The notes beneath the pieces were generated by a model, which was not told where the DNA came from, ran no database searches, and saw only the letters and a list, made by a program, of their open reading frames with translations. DNA of 63,694 nt, the filler included. It is 9 parts of 9 records of this genome, joined end to end, with 100 filler letters (N's around TTAATTAATTAA, not from the genome) between each part and the next. Parts side by side here need not be neighbours in the genome. Positions count along the whole stretch, not along the records: positions 12,267 to 19,573 come from SRR7504441_422; positions 19,674 to 28,082 come from SRR7504441_429; 7 more parts are not named here. One strand, written 5' to 3'. Made by a program: the position numbers and the translations under genes. Positions 13,386-24,163 of the stretch are shown here, one piece after another; the stretch's first letter is position 1; the number at the start of each line of letters is the position of its first letter.

Positions 13386-16237
13386 ATGTCGGGGCTCAAC
13401 ATGCAGCGGCGGAAGGCCGGGTCCCAGCCGGTCAAGAAGATGGTGATCAAGCCGTTTGCCTCGCCACCCAAGCTGCCAGACAATTTCGAGGAGGACACCT
13501 GGTCCAAGCTCAAGGCGGCTACCCAGAAGGTGCAGGCCAACCAGCCGGTGGCGTACAGCCAGGAGGAGCTCTACCGAGCCGTAGAGGACCTGTGCTTGCA
13601 CAAGATGCCCCCCCGACTGTACCAGCGGCTGCAGGAGCTCTGCAACGCGCATGTGCAGCAGATGGTGCAGCAAATCACGGGCCAACCCAGCGAGCCGTCG
13701 GCCTTCCTCGGCCAAGTGGACAGCTGCTGGCACCACCACTGCCAGCAGATGGCCACCCTCCGCAGCATCTTCCTCTGCCTCGACCGCACGTGCCCTGCCA
13801 CTGCCCGGCACGCCAGCCAGCCCCGGGGGGCAGCTATGTGATCCAGAGCAGCTCGGTGCAGTCGTTGTGGGAGATGGGGATTAAGTTGTTCCAGACCCAC
13901 CTGATCCCGTGCACGGGTGTGCTCACAAAGCTCACCGCAGGTCTCCTGAAACTGATAGAGGTGCCCCTGCCCGAGCTGCCAGATCCTGATTGTCGCTGGC
14001 AGACCGAACGGCAGGGCGACGCCATCAACCGTGGTAAAAGTGGCAGCCAGGGGAGCGCTCAGTCGGTGTGCAGGGCTTGTCAAGTCTCTGCTCTCAATGT
14101 GCTCTGCTCTCAATATATACGAGGGTGCCCAGCTGGGGTCCCTGAGCGCATCAGCGGGGCGGCAGATATGTTCGCACCCCCGATGCTCGAAGCCACGGCA
14201 GCGTTCTACGCGCTGGAGGCGCGCGAGATGCTTGAAAACTCGGAGGTCTAGCCGGTGCAGGAGCTCCGCTGATGGGCAAGCCAGGTTCCCGAGTACTTAC
14301 GGCACGTAGAGCGACGTCTGGAGGAGGAGGAGGCCCGGGTGCTGCATTACTTGGACGGGAGCACCCGCAAAGCGCTGGTGACTTGCGCCGAGACCGAGCT
14401 GCTCAGCAAACACATTGACGGGATCCTATCTAAAGGGTGAGGGCCAGTGAGGTGGACGCAGTCACCAGATGGTCGTAGGTTTGACCAAATGATGAAAGAA
14501 GGCCGGATCGAGGACCTCAGCAGGCTGTACCGGCTCTTTGATCGAGTGGATGCTTTCGAGTCGGTCAGGACCGCCTTGCTAGCGTACATCAAGTGCATCG
14601 GTACCAGCCCGCCTAGCCGACGTGCCCAGTGGGTCGGCTGCAGGGCTGCAGATAGTGGGTGACGAGGAAGGCGACAGCACAATGGTTCAGGGTGTGCTCG
14701 AGCTCAGGGACGAGTTAGATCGCGTGGTGGAGCAGGTCTGTCCTCGTCCTGCTCCGAGACCTGACCGTCGGTACAGGCGTTTGGCGGGTCTAAGAATTTG
14801 CTCGAGTCGTGCAAAGACGGGTTCGAGCACTTCCTCAACGTGAGAGATAACAAGCCCGCCGAGCTGATTGCAAAATTTGTCGACGGCCGATTGCGCAGCG
14901 GCGGCGAAGGGATCACGGAGGACGAATTGGAGTCGCTTCTTGAGAAAGTGATGGTGCTGTTTCGATACATTCAAGCCAAGGATGTGTTCGAAGCTTTCTA
15001 TAAGAAGCACCTGGCCAAGCGCCTGCTGCTCAATAAGTACGCGCTGGAGCCTCAGCCGTTGTGAGGCCGGATGGCAGGTCAGCGTCGGCCGATGCTGAGC
15101 TCAGCATGATTTCAAGACTTAAACAGGAGTGTGGCAGCGCCTTCACTGTGAGCCGGGCTCTGTTGGCTGGGCCCAGCCCAGGGCAGGTCAAGCTAGAAGG
15201 CATGTTCAAAGACATAGAGGTCTCCAGCGACATCATGACTGCATACCGCAATAACACTGCTCAACAATCAACAGAGGCACGCCCGCTGCTGTGCTGCCAT
15301 CACCACTGGGGCAGATCGAGTTGTCTGTCCGGGTGCTGACCAAGGGATCATGGCCAAACTACCCGACAATAGAGGTGGCGCTCCCACAGGTTCTACAGGC
15401 ACTGCACGAGGTGCCCAATGCTGGTGTGCTCGGGCAGCCAGCTCTGGCCAGGGCTTCAGTGAGTTTTACCTGGCGCGGCATAACGGATGCAGGCTGAGCT
15501 ACGAACATACGCTCGGCCAGTGCACACTCCGGGCGTCGTACCCATCAGGCAGGAAGGAGCTGCAGGTGTCGCTGCTGCAAGCGCTGGTGCTGCTGCTCTT
15601 CAATCAGGCGGATACCCTCGGGTTCCAAGACATTCAAAAGGGGTGCCTGCCCGGCCAGTTGGCACGGCCAGCAAGCAGGCGGGCTGCAGGACGAATATAT
15701 GCGAGGATGATCTGAAGAGAATCCTACAATCGCTCAGCAGTTCAAAGCAGAAGCTGCTGCGGAAGAACAAGGAGGCCGATGCGCCAGAGACTTACACTTT
15801 CAACACAAAATTTGCGAGCAAATCCAAGAAAGTTCGGGTTGACCAGCTGCAAATCCGCGAGACGCAGCAAGAAAATACTCAAACTAAGGAGCACATCTTC
15901 CAGGTGAACTGATTGAGCGTGCCTGAACAAGAAGGGTGCAGGACCGTCAATATGCGATCGATGCTGCCATCGTCCGAATCCTAAAGGTAACCAGGCGCGA
16001 GTATCTGTGGGCTGAGCGCTTGCTGGGCAGGCACGCAAGCAGCTAGGACACACGATGTTGATCTCGGAGATCTTCAGCCAGCTCAAATTTCCTGCAAAGC
16101 CGGTGCGGAGTGCCGGTTGCACTAGGCATGACCATGCGTGCCAGGCGGACATCAAAAAGCGAATAGAGAGCTTGATCAGCCGCGAATACATAGAGCGAGA
16201 CGACGAAAACCCGCAGATCTACAAGTACGTTGCCTGA
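13386..16237 (+). CDS. CUL4: Cullin-4 (16 short introns)
   Basis: Introns 13790-13833, 13961-14002, 14034-14073, 14125-14165, 14246-14284, 14437-14478, 14601-14643, 14736-14776, 15037-15077, 15148-15186, 15277-15314 (GC-AG), 15411-15451, 15643-15689, 15904-15941, 15987-16030 and 16103-16144. Splicing restores [86 protein letters not shown] (Nedd8 site) and the terminal IYKYVA*. Confidence 0.95.
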
Positions 16238-16560
16238 TATTGCTTTACATCTCTTGTTCGAGCGTGTCATGCTGGCTTATTGAGGGTGATAATCAGTTGT
16301 ATTTTTAAATAGAATACGGTACGCGGTGCACAATCATAGGTACTGTGCACACTCTGTCATGGATACGATGTCAATAAAAATCACATGCGTTCAACTATGC
16401 TGCAGCTGAACCGCTGCAAATGCTTGCAGCGAAATCGACGGGTGCTCATGAAGCCAATGTGACCTCTAGAAAACGAGCTGGGTAGTGCTGGGGTAGAAGA
16501 ATACGCGATTCAGGACTTGCTGACCCCTTGCTTCGGATGTTATACAATGAGCATGATGCT

Positions 16561-18222
16561 TCACTTGGTAGAGGCTTCTTCATATGCTATATCGATGTGT
16601 TCCACACATTTGCGCTGTCTACATGGCTGCTGCTCATCAAAGTTGAGCTCTGCATTGCCTTGACCAGCCACCCTAACAAACACTGTGTCGCCTTCGAGTC
16701 GCACAGGGAAGGTTGCTAATGCTCGTTTGACTGGTAGTCGCTTTGGCTCGCCAGTCTTGAAATCAAAGCAGCCGTTGTGCTTTGGGCACTCGATCAGGTT
16801 GCCCAGTACGAGCCCCTCGTCGAGCTCAGCTGCGCCGTGAGTACATTTGCCTGCTGTAGCATAAAACAGGCCGTCGTCCTCAGCATGATACACGCAGTAG
16901 GACCGTGGGCCAACATCGAACCTAGTCACCTCTCCGGCAGGAAGCTCGTCAACAGAGCACGCGGCTACCCACCCTTCGTCGTCTGGCTGCGCAGAGGTTG
17001 CGCGAGCTGCTGTTTTGTCAGTAGCTCGTTTGGGGGGCACAGGCCGCTTGGTGAAATAATCTGGATCGTGGGCTTGTTTGAGCAGTGCTGGTATCATCTC
17101 GGAATACACCTCAAAGATGCTATTGTACGGTTTGGGCATCTCGCCGCCCTTCAACCTTGTCAGCGACGACCTCATGGCAGGGGGCGCACCTCTTGGAGAA
17201 TCTTGTGCAGCTCCGGCAAATTGTAGTAGGGCACCATCGGAAACATGTGGTGCTCGATGTGATACTGCATCCGATATCTCAGTCCAGCCCAGCTCGGTGG
17301 GCACCTGCATGTTCCAGTATATGAAACTGGATATCGGATTGATGTAGCAGGTGCGAGTGTTTAGGCGATGGTCAAGCACGTCATGCTCGAGCGACGCGTG
17401 CTGGAACACCCCGACGAGTACAAAATGCCAAGCTCCCACAGTGTATGGCAAAAAGACCATCATTGCCGGCAGAAGACTGCCCATCACGCATGAAGCAACA
17501 ACAGTTGCGGCGTACAACCCTAGGAAAATCCTCGCCTGAAACAGTGATTAAGCTGCACCACTGGCAGCCCTGCTGACCTGGAAGAAGACAGCCCTGCTCT
17601 CGCTTTTTGGCACAAATGTCTTCTCCGCTGGTGACAGACTGCCATTGGCGTGCCGCCACAGCTTGCTAGCCTCCGAGCGGATGCCTTGCACGTTGAAGAA
17701 GGCCAGGAATAAATTCCACATATCGAGAGGCCTGCCGTCGATCTCTGGATCTCTCCCCACAATATCGGTGTCCGTGTGATGCCGAGCGTGAGAGAAGCGC
17801 CACACCAACGGCTCGCGAAACACCATGAACGCGGCAATGTTGTACAGCAGGTCGTTCATCCACTTGGTCTTGAACGCAGTGCCGTGGCCGCATTCATGCC
17901 AGCGCGAGTCCCCGGAAGAGGTGTACAGCGTGCTGTAGACGAAGAAGAGCAGGGACCACAGCTTATACTGGCCGTGCGCCCAGCAATAGCAGCTGCCCGC
18001 CCCACTGGCCGCGATGAGCCCGAATAGCAGGATTGTGTCGCGGATGGCGTGGTAGTCGTCTCGCTTCATCAGTCGACGGAGGGTCTTCCGCTCTACGTAA
18101 GGCACAAACCACTGGCCCGACGCCAGCCCCTTTTTAACCGCGAGCGCCGACTCGGGCCCGTCCAGTGAGTAGTCTCTGTAGCCATCCCGAACAGGCAGGC
18201 AGCCCGGCTCTGCGGCTGCCAT
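16561..18222 (-). CDS. Fusion of MocD-like membrane di-iron desaturase/hydrocarbon oxygenase and MocE-like Rieske [2Fe-2S] ferredoxin
   Basis: Introns 17536-17577, 17265-17304 and about 17149-17189. N-terminal RDYSLDGPES..A...GLA..QW is MocD-like, with His boxes WHECGH, SHARHH, QHASL and YHIEHH. The C-terminal Rieske motif is CTH...IECPKHNGCF. Confidence 0.85.
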
Positions 18223-18626
18223 ACTCAGGCCTCGTGCCTCTCTGCTCGCTGAGGCGCCTGACCCTCGGTCCAGCCCAAAGTTCCGGTCTTTTTCAGCACA
18301 ATGCATATGCTCTGCACAGAGCTGGAGTGGCGGCAAGTGTGCCTGTGGCCTGTGGCTGTCTGGCTAACTGAGAGATGGTGTGGCTGCCTCCGTCGCCCCA
18401 GTCGGGCCGGGTGGCCGATCCCGACGGTCTGCTTTCGGATGGGGCAGTGAGTGCGCTGAACAAGCTGCTCACTGTTACTCACTGCTCAGGCACTAGCTCA
18501 GGCCTAGGAGTCACAATTACATGATTGTATGGACCAGCAGATCATCGCCCTTTGCGACCGCCAGTGCGCGCACGGTGGTTCACTGAGCTATAGAAACACT
18601 ATAGAATATCCCATGTTTTAATTAAG

Positions 18627-19095
18627 TTAGATGCGTCTAGTTGCCGAGACAGGCGAGACTCGACTTGTCGTCGCTTTCCTGAAAGAGGGTTCTGAAACGG
18701 CCTCCTTCGCAGCAGCATCAAACGAGTTGGCGAGGAGCCCCCACACCTTCGACTCGGCAGGTATGCTATTGAGCATTTGCATCACGTGCTCGCATGTCGC
18801 AAAGTCCTCTTGGTGCTTATCGCTTGGATTCCCCTCCCTTGCGGATGCAACATGACCGACTCCATGGTGGTCACCTTTGTCATGCTGTGATTTAGTGGCC
18901 TTTGTCGACGTACAGGGCTCGGCGATTGAGAGTGTCTCTTGGTGCGAGCTTTTCGCACTGCAAGATCATGGCGACTCCTCTTGGTTCCTGGTGCAAATGA
19001 GACAGAGCGGCTGGAGCTTCTTACCCAGTCCGAGTCAGAGCTCTGCTCGTTCATCAGCCCGGTCGCAAACCCCACGGACAGCCCGCCTCGTCCAT
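18627..19095 (-). CDS. Possible small Ser/Arg-rich hypothetical protein (spliced model uncertain)
   Basis: ATG at 19095 lies about 17 nt downstream of a TATAAATA box (19112-19119, minus strand). Two open frames (SSDSDWVRSSSR..., EGNPSDKHQEDF...) can be linked by 41-44 nt candidate introns. No recognisable domain. Confidence 0.3.
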
Positions 19096-19545
19096 CGCGG
19101 CTCGCCTTCCCTATTTATATTTAGTACATCCGGAGCTGTTCCGGATCCGTTGTTAACCTAGCACTTGTTATCTGATACACACCCAGACCTCTCAGCGAGC
19201 AGAGACACGAGGCAAGGTCCTAGGTGTGTACTAGATAAGATCCGTTGCAATTGAGGAGAAGGATGGTGTTATTTTCCCTCGCAAAGTCCGTACTAGCCCT
19301 ACTGATTCACACCGCCGGGAGGCGATTCGTTGAAATGGCGTCGCAGAACAGGCGGGTGAAATCTGGGGTGAAATGCACGAGCCAGCGGGTTCTTAGGAAG
19401 GGTGAGAAAGTCCGAAAGTAAATTTAGTTAATTAAAAGTACTGTAAAGGGGGACACGGAATAGAGTACGTTTGTTGTCTCATCTCTTGTTCAACAGTTCG
19501 AGCTTTGTTATTGCCCTAACTAGCGGTAATGACAGTGGACAATCG

Positions 19546-19573
19546 CCTCCTCCTCCTCCTCCTCCTCCTCCTC
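19546..19573 (+). repeat. (CCT)n microsatellite at contig end
   Basis: About nine CCT units run into the spacer. Confidence 0.9.
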
Positions 19574-19673
19574 NNNNNNNNNNNNNNNNNNNNNNNNNNN
19601 NNNNNNNNNNNNNNNNNTTAATTAATTAANNNNNNNNNNNNNNNNNNNNNNNNNNNNNNNNNNNNNNNNNNNN
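19574..19673. other. Artificial contig spacer
   Basis: N44-TTAATTAATTAA-N44. Confidence 0.98.
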
Positions 19674-20525
19674 CCACTCCTCCTGTTTCTCCTCTTGCGC
19701 CCCGGTCCCCTGCGGCTGCGCCGCTACGCTTGAGACCCCGCAGGGCTGCGCCGCTCCGGATGCCCGGGCAGTCGCTTTGCTGCGGCATCTGCCGCAGCCC
19801 TTTGAGGCATACCGGCACTTTGGGCACCCGACTGCCCTCGAGTCACCCGACCCAGCAGCCGCAGGGGACCGGGCCCGCTTGTAGCCTTGGGCCGGCTCCA
19901 AGCGCGCTGGCTTGCGCCGGGTCCGTGCGAGGGGCTCGGAGCTGGCGGTCGGGCGAGGCGTTTTGACGCAGGCTGTGCTCGGTTTCTGCTTCTTGGGCTG
20001 CAGCCACCGGGCGACGGGCTTCCCTTCGCGTAACCAAGCCGGCGTGAGGCTATCGAATAGATTGCGCAGCTCGGCAGGCATCGACGCTGGCTGGGCCGGC
20101 GGCTGGGCCGGCGGCTGGTCATCGGCCAAGCGCTGCTGGCGCTCCACGCCCAGGACCTGGTACATCGGAAGCTCGTCATCGTCGCTGCTGCTCAGACCCG
20201 GGCTCTCATCGGGCGGCCTGAGGTCAAGCCGCGGGGTATCCGCGCCCTCCCCCGACTTGGCGGCCCTGGCAGCGCTCTCCCGGATCAGGTTTCGGACCAC
20301 TGTGTGTGTCATGTCCTCGGAATCGCCGTCGGGATACTCCACCCGGTAGTGCCCGATGGCCGGGTCCCAGTGCCGGACTGTCCCGGTGAACAGCCCGAGG
20401 TCAAACCGCTTCTCGAACTGAGTGCCGACCGGGATCTGCCCCGGCTTCTCCGGCGCAAACACAACTCGCGAGGTGGGTTCCATTGGGAGGACAGATCGCA
20501 CCGACGGCCTCGGCTCATCCAACAT
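19674..20525 (-). CDS. Tudor-like domain protein with GCxKCR-x4-GCxxC Cys motif (3' truncated)
   Basis: VGTQFEKRFDLGLFTGTVRHWDPAIGHYRVEYPDGDSEDM is a PTM/DIR17-type Tudor fold signature. It is followed by a basic low-complexity region and GCPKCRYASKGCGRC. The start was chosen as the ATG divergent from the next gene. Confidence 0.6.
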
Positions 20526-20642
20526 TTGAACTGCACTGGACGGGATTTCTGGCGGGACGGGCTGCAGCTGATGGGCTGGATTTCGGTGGCCCTTTCGGCG
20601 GCGCTCGCTGCAGCGCTGCTCAGCCCGATCGCGCTGGTGCCG

Positions 20643-21644
20643 ATGGCCATCCTCGGCCTGCCCCGCAACCACCTGGCGGCAGTCTGGCGGTTGCCGCTGC
20701 TCAGCCCCAGCGTGCGCCCGGTCGGCTCTCCCGGGCTGACCATCGGAGCAGGAGTGCGACCAGATCGTGCGGGAGGCCGAGGCCCAGGCCAGCAAGACTG
20801 GCTGGACCACCCGCCGGCACGCGGCCTACCCGACGGTCCGACCACCCGGCGCGCAGGCATTGACTCCCTGGCCGCAGACTGACCTGTCCGTGCGGGCCAT
20901 CCCAGCGCTGCACCCGCTGCTGAATGCAGTGCTCAAGGACCGGATTTACCCCGAGCTGGTGCCACCGCGCCGCCCGTCCCGGCCGACCTGCCGGGGGCAG
21001 GGCAGGCTGTTTGGGATTAGCCGGGCGGGCAGCCTGTCGCTCAACGACTGCTTTGTGGTCAAATACGACGCTGTCGCGCAGGCAGCGATCGAGGCGCACG
21101 TGGACGGGTGGGCTCGGCCGGCGGGCCGGGCGATCACCCGGCGCGGGCAGCTCCCAGATCTCTTTCAATGTGGCACTGAGCGATCACACTAGCGACTTCA
21201 CGGGGGGGGGGACCGGATTCTCGCTGCTAGGGAACAGGTCAGTGCACGTCCCCAAGGGCCAGATGCTGGTGCACCCGTCCAAGGCAATCCACCGAGGCGA
21301 GCTCACCACAGCTGGGGTGCGGTACGTGCTGATTGGATTTGTGACGGCACCGGCGCCGGATGATGCCGTTCTTCCGACGCTGTGGTGGCCGGCTGTGGCA
21401 GCCAGGGCTCATAGGGGGCAGGGGGCTGCTGGCAAGGTGCATGGTAGTGTTCAACGCTGACGGCTCGAAAGAGTTGGAGAGCTGCAACGGGTTAGTTCAC
21501 GAGCTGCTGGTCTGGCTAGAGTACTCGCTCTCAGGCGGCAGCGTGGCACTTTATGCGGTGCTCGCACTCGGGTGTGTGCTAGTTGCTGGTGTGGGGGGCG
21601 TGCTCTTACTTGCCCGAGGACACGTGCGCGCCAAACGAGATTGA
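20643..21644 (+). CDS. Procollagen-lysine-hydroxylase-like (PLOD C-terminal type) 2OG-Fe(II) oxygenase with C-terminal TM helix
   Basis: Introns 20712-20751, 20836-20877, 20959-21000, 21108-21150 and 21385-21421. Splicing gives WTTRRHAAYPTTD, FVVKYD, AHVDGSQISFNVAL, DFTGGGT, IHRGELTTAGVRYVLIGF, and then a hydrophobic tail (ALYAVLALGCVLVAGVGGVLLL). Confidence 0.8.
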
Positions 21645-21776
21645 ACTAGCTTCAACTTCAACTTAAAATTACGAGTCAATCATTAGGTGACTGTTCGATC
21701 ATGATTATACATCTTGACATGTAGATGACATGGTAGATGATTGTATACACTGGCCAGCATGCATAATTATAGCTCC

Positions 21777-23351
21777 TCATCCTTGCATGCCCTTATGATA
21801 GGCGCCTTGCTGCTGCGTCAACCAAAGCATGAATTCGGTGTAATTGATCCTCCCGTCCCGGTCCGTGTCGGAGAACTGAAGCATGCTCCGTGCCTCCTCG
21901 TGGTTGATACCAGGAACCAGCTTGGAAACCATTGCCGAGAACTGTTGAGCGTCCAAGCATCCACTGCTGTCGGTGTCGGCTTCCTCGAACAGACTTGATG
22001 CGCGCGCGCTGTCCACCTTTGCCAGCTGGTCCACCCATCGTTGTGGCACCTCCCCGCGGCTGGGCATAGAGTCGCCTCGAATCCCCCAGGCGTCCTCACA
22101 CATCTTGTAAGCCACCGGGTCGAACCCTTTAAGCTCTGCGTGCACATACGGGAAGTAGTCGTTGCAAAACCTCCTGCTCGAAAAGAACGCCTCAGAGCTC
22201 TCAGCAAAGAATTCTTCTTTATTCCCGGCACAGTATGGTTTGACGCTTTTGGCCGTGCCGCATAATTCTGCAGTGTCGTACAGGCCACTCGCCATCGCGG
22301 TCTTGTATGCCACTTCGATGATGCCGTCGACCGCTGCTTGGTTGTGGCAGTGGTAGGCGTGACTCAGCTCGTGTAGCAGCATCGCTGGCTGACTGGACAC
22401 CCAGTCGAGGTAGTGCTTGGCCTGGCACACCTCGACGCACCCGCCTTTCTCCGGCAGGTCGCCTCTGCCTTCGGGGTAGTGCCGGCTCCAGTGGCACCAA
22501 GCTCCCGACTGAGGTTGGGTCGCATCAGGGTACTGAAGCACGTCATTGATCCACACAGCAGTCTTCTCCCGGAGCAGGCCCAGCGCCGCAGGTGGGAGTA
22601 GCCTGCTGATCTCGGCCATGTCACCGTTGATCTGATCTCGCATCCTCGGATACTTTTCGAGCACATTTTCCTCGACAAAGAATCGGAGACCCTCGACCTC
22701 GATAGGGTGATACACTTTGTCCATGGCCGTGCAGCAGACCCGATCCCCGCACTCACGCCAGATGCACTGCTGTTCCGTCTGTGGCTTGACCTCGAAAACG
22801 TTATGCCGCTTGTTCTGCTGCCGTTTCCGCAGCTGGCCACTGGCCTGCGTCGGCCCAAACGTGACAGTGCGCCAATCCGGATTCTCAGCGAATCCAGTTC
22901 CAGGGACTTTAACCCAGCAGCAATCCGGGTCTGCCAGCTGATAGCAGTAGCCCATGGTCTTGCCCGGGTTGGCCAGGCACACTCGCTCGGCTTCGGCCGC
23001 GGTGAGTCCGGACGCGAAGTCGCCCCCACTTGCGAGGTATCCTAGCTTCACCTCGCGGGCGGCAGTCAGTCCGTTGAGCACAGCGCTGAGCGTCAGGGAG
23101 CACGAGCTGGTGAAGCAGACGCAGGCCAGCTCCTGCTGGTCCGGACCGGAGATCAACCACGGGTGCTCGCTGTTGCTGCTCTGGTTCCATCTCGCCCCGG
23201 CAGCCAGCTCGCCGTACTGCACCGGGCTGCCGCCGTAGTCGATCCAGGCCAGCGAGACCTTTAGGCTCAGGTCGTTCACCAGCTCGACCTGCACGTCGCC
23301 GTTCGGGTCGTACGTCGACCTCCGGTCGCTGGGCGCCCGAAACGCAGCCAT
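21777..23351 (-). CDS. VHL-beta domain + zincin metallopeptidase (HEXXH...EFFAE) + EF-hand pair protein, intronless
   Basis: Domains read directly from the ORF: VELVND..KVSLAWIDYGG..VQY..L.....W.Q....HPWLI (VHL-beta), MLLHELSHAYH and NKEEFFAESSEAFF..NDYFPY (peptidase), and DTDSSGCLD / DTDRDGRINYTEF (EF hands). Confidence 0.75.
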   Translation of the reverse strand: MAAFRAPSDRRSTYDPNGDVQVELVNDLSLKVSLAWIDYGGSPVQYGELAAGARWNQSSNSEHPWLISGPDQQELACVCFTSSCSLTLSAVLNGLTAAREVKLGYLASGGDFASGLTAAEAERVCLANPGKTMGYCYQLADPDCCWVKVPGTGFAENPDWRTVTFGPTQASGQLRKRQQNKRHNVFEVKPQTEQQCIWRECGDRVCCTAMDKVYHPIEVEGLRFFVEENVLEKYPRMRDQINGDMAEISRLLPPAALGLLREKTAVWINDVLQYPDATQPQSGAWCHWSRHYPEGRGDLPEKGGCVEVCQAKHYLDWVSSQPAMLLHELSHAYHCHNQAAVDGIIEVAYKTAMASGLYDTAELCGTAKSVKPYCAGNKEEFFAESSEAFFSSRRFCNDYFPYVHAELKGFDPVAYKMCEDAWGIRGDSMPSRGEVPQRWVDQLAKVDSARASSLFEEADTDSSGCLDAQQFSAMVSKLVPGINHEEARSMLQFSDTDRDGRINYTEFMLWLTQQQGAYHKGMQG

Positions 23352-23397
23352 CTCTATAGCTTTGGGGCTTCGCACCGTTAGAAAGTCCGTTATCGCG

Positions 23398-23874
23398 ATG
23401 CTCGGACGGGGAAGCGTCTGGTTTCTGGCCGGCCGGCGTTCATTCTGCGGCTACCAGAAGCCTGCGGTGCTGGCCGGGGCGGCGCGGGCCCAGGCGTTGG
23501 CCGAGCTCCCCGACTGGCAGGAGGTGCGCTGCCTCCGGAGTCTGGCAGCCACCCCGGACAGGTGAGCGGCCGGGACGCGATCCAGCGCAGCTTCAAGTTC
23601 GGGAACTTCAACCAGGCGTTCGGGTTCATGACTCGGGTGGCGCTGGAGGCCGAGAAGGTCCGGCTGGGCCCGGCCAAGGCCAGCCTGCGCAGGCCGACCA
23701 CCACCCTGAGTGGTTCAACTGCTACAACAGCGTGGATGTCACGCTGAGCACGCACGACGCCGGGGAGGCCGGCGGGCTGTCCGAGCGGGTGCGGCGCGTC
23801 TGTGGGCTGGCGGGGTCATGTGGGTGCAGGACGTGGCACTGGCAAAGCTGATGGACCAGTTCGCCCAAAGCTAA
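23398..23874 (+). CDS. PCBD: Pterin-4-alpha-carbinolamine dehydratase with probable mitochondrial presequence
   Basis: Introns 23524-23561, 23658-23692 and 23789-23829. Splicing gives [63 protein letters not shown]. Confidence 0.93.
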
Positions 23875-24010
23875 GGATATACACTGATTACACTCGTACG
23901 TATACGAGTCTACAGCACAATATAATATTGTTACGCCTTGTTACAATACAGTAGCATTGCACGTGTCTATATATCCTCTGGGCGAGCTCAAGCACTAGCG
24001 TGGCTGATGC

Positions 24011-24087
24011 CTGGCGACGGTGTCAGTGTGCCCCCACTATATACATGAATATAGTTTTTGAGCCGCACACATCATGATCGTCTCCAG
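24011..24087 (-). promoter_or_regulatory. Eukaryotic type II SECIS element in the 3' UTR of the GILT-like gene
   Basis: The minus strand reads CUGGAGACG-AUC-AUGAU-GUGUGCGGCUC-AAAA-ACUAUAU-UCAUGU-AUAUAGU-GGGGGCACAC-UGAC-AC-CGUCGCCAG. This gives helix I (CUGG/CCAG, GACG/CGUC), an AUGA...GA quartet, helix II (GUGUGC/GCACAC, CUC/GGG), unpaired AAA and an apical mini-stem. Confidence 0.88.
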
Positions 24088-24163
24088 CCCTCAACAAACT
24101 CCGAGCCGGCTCAGCGCTGCTTCCCCGATTCGATATAGTTCCATTCAGCGCCCGGACTGTCCG

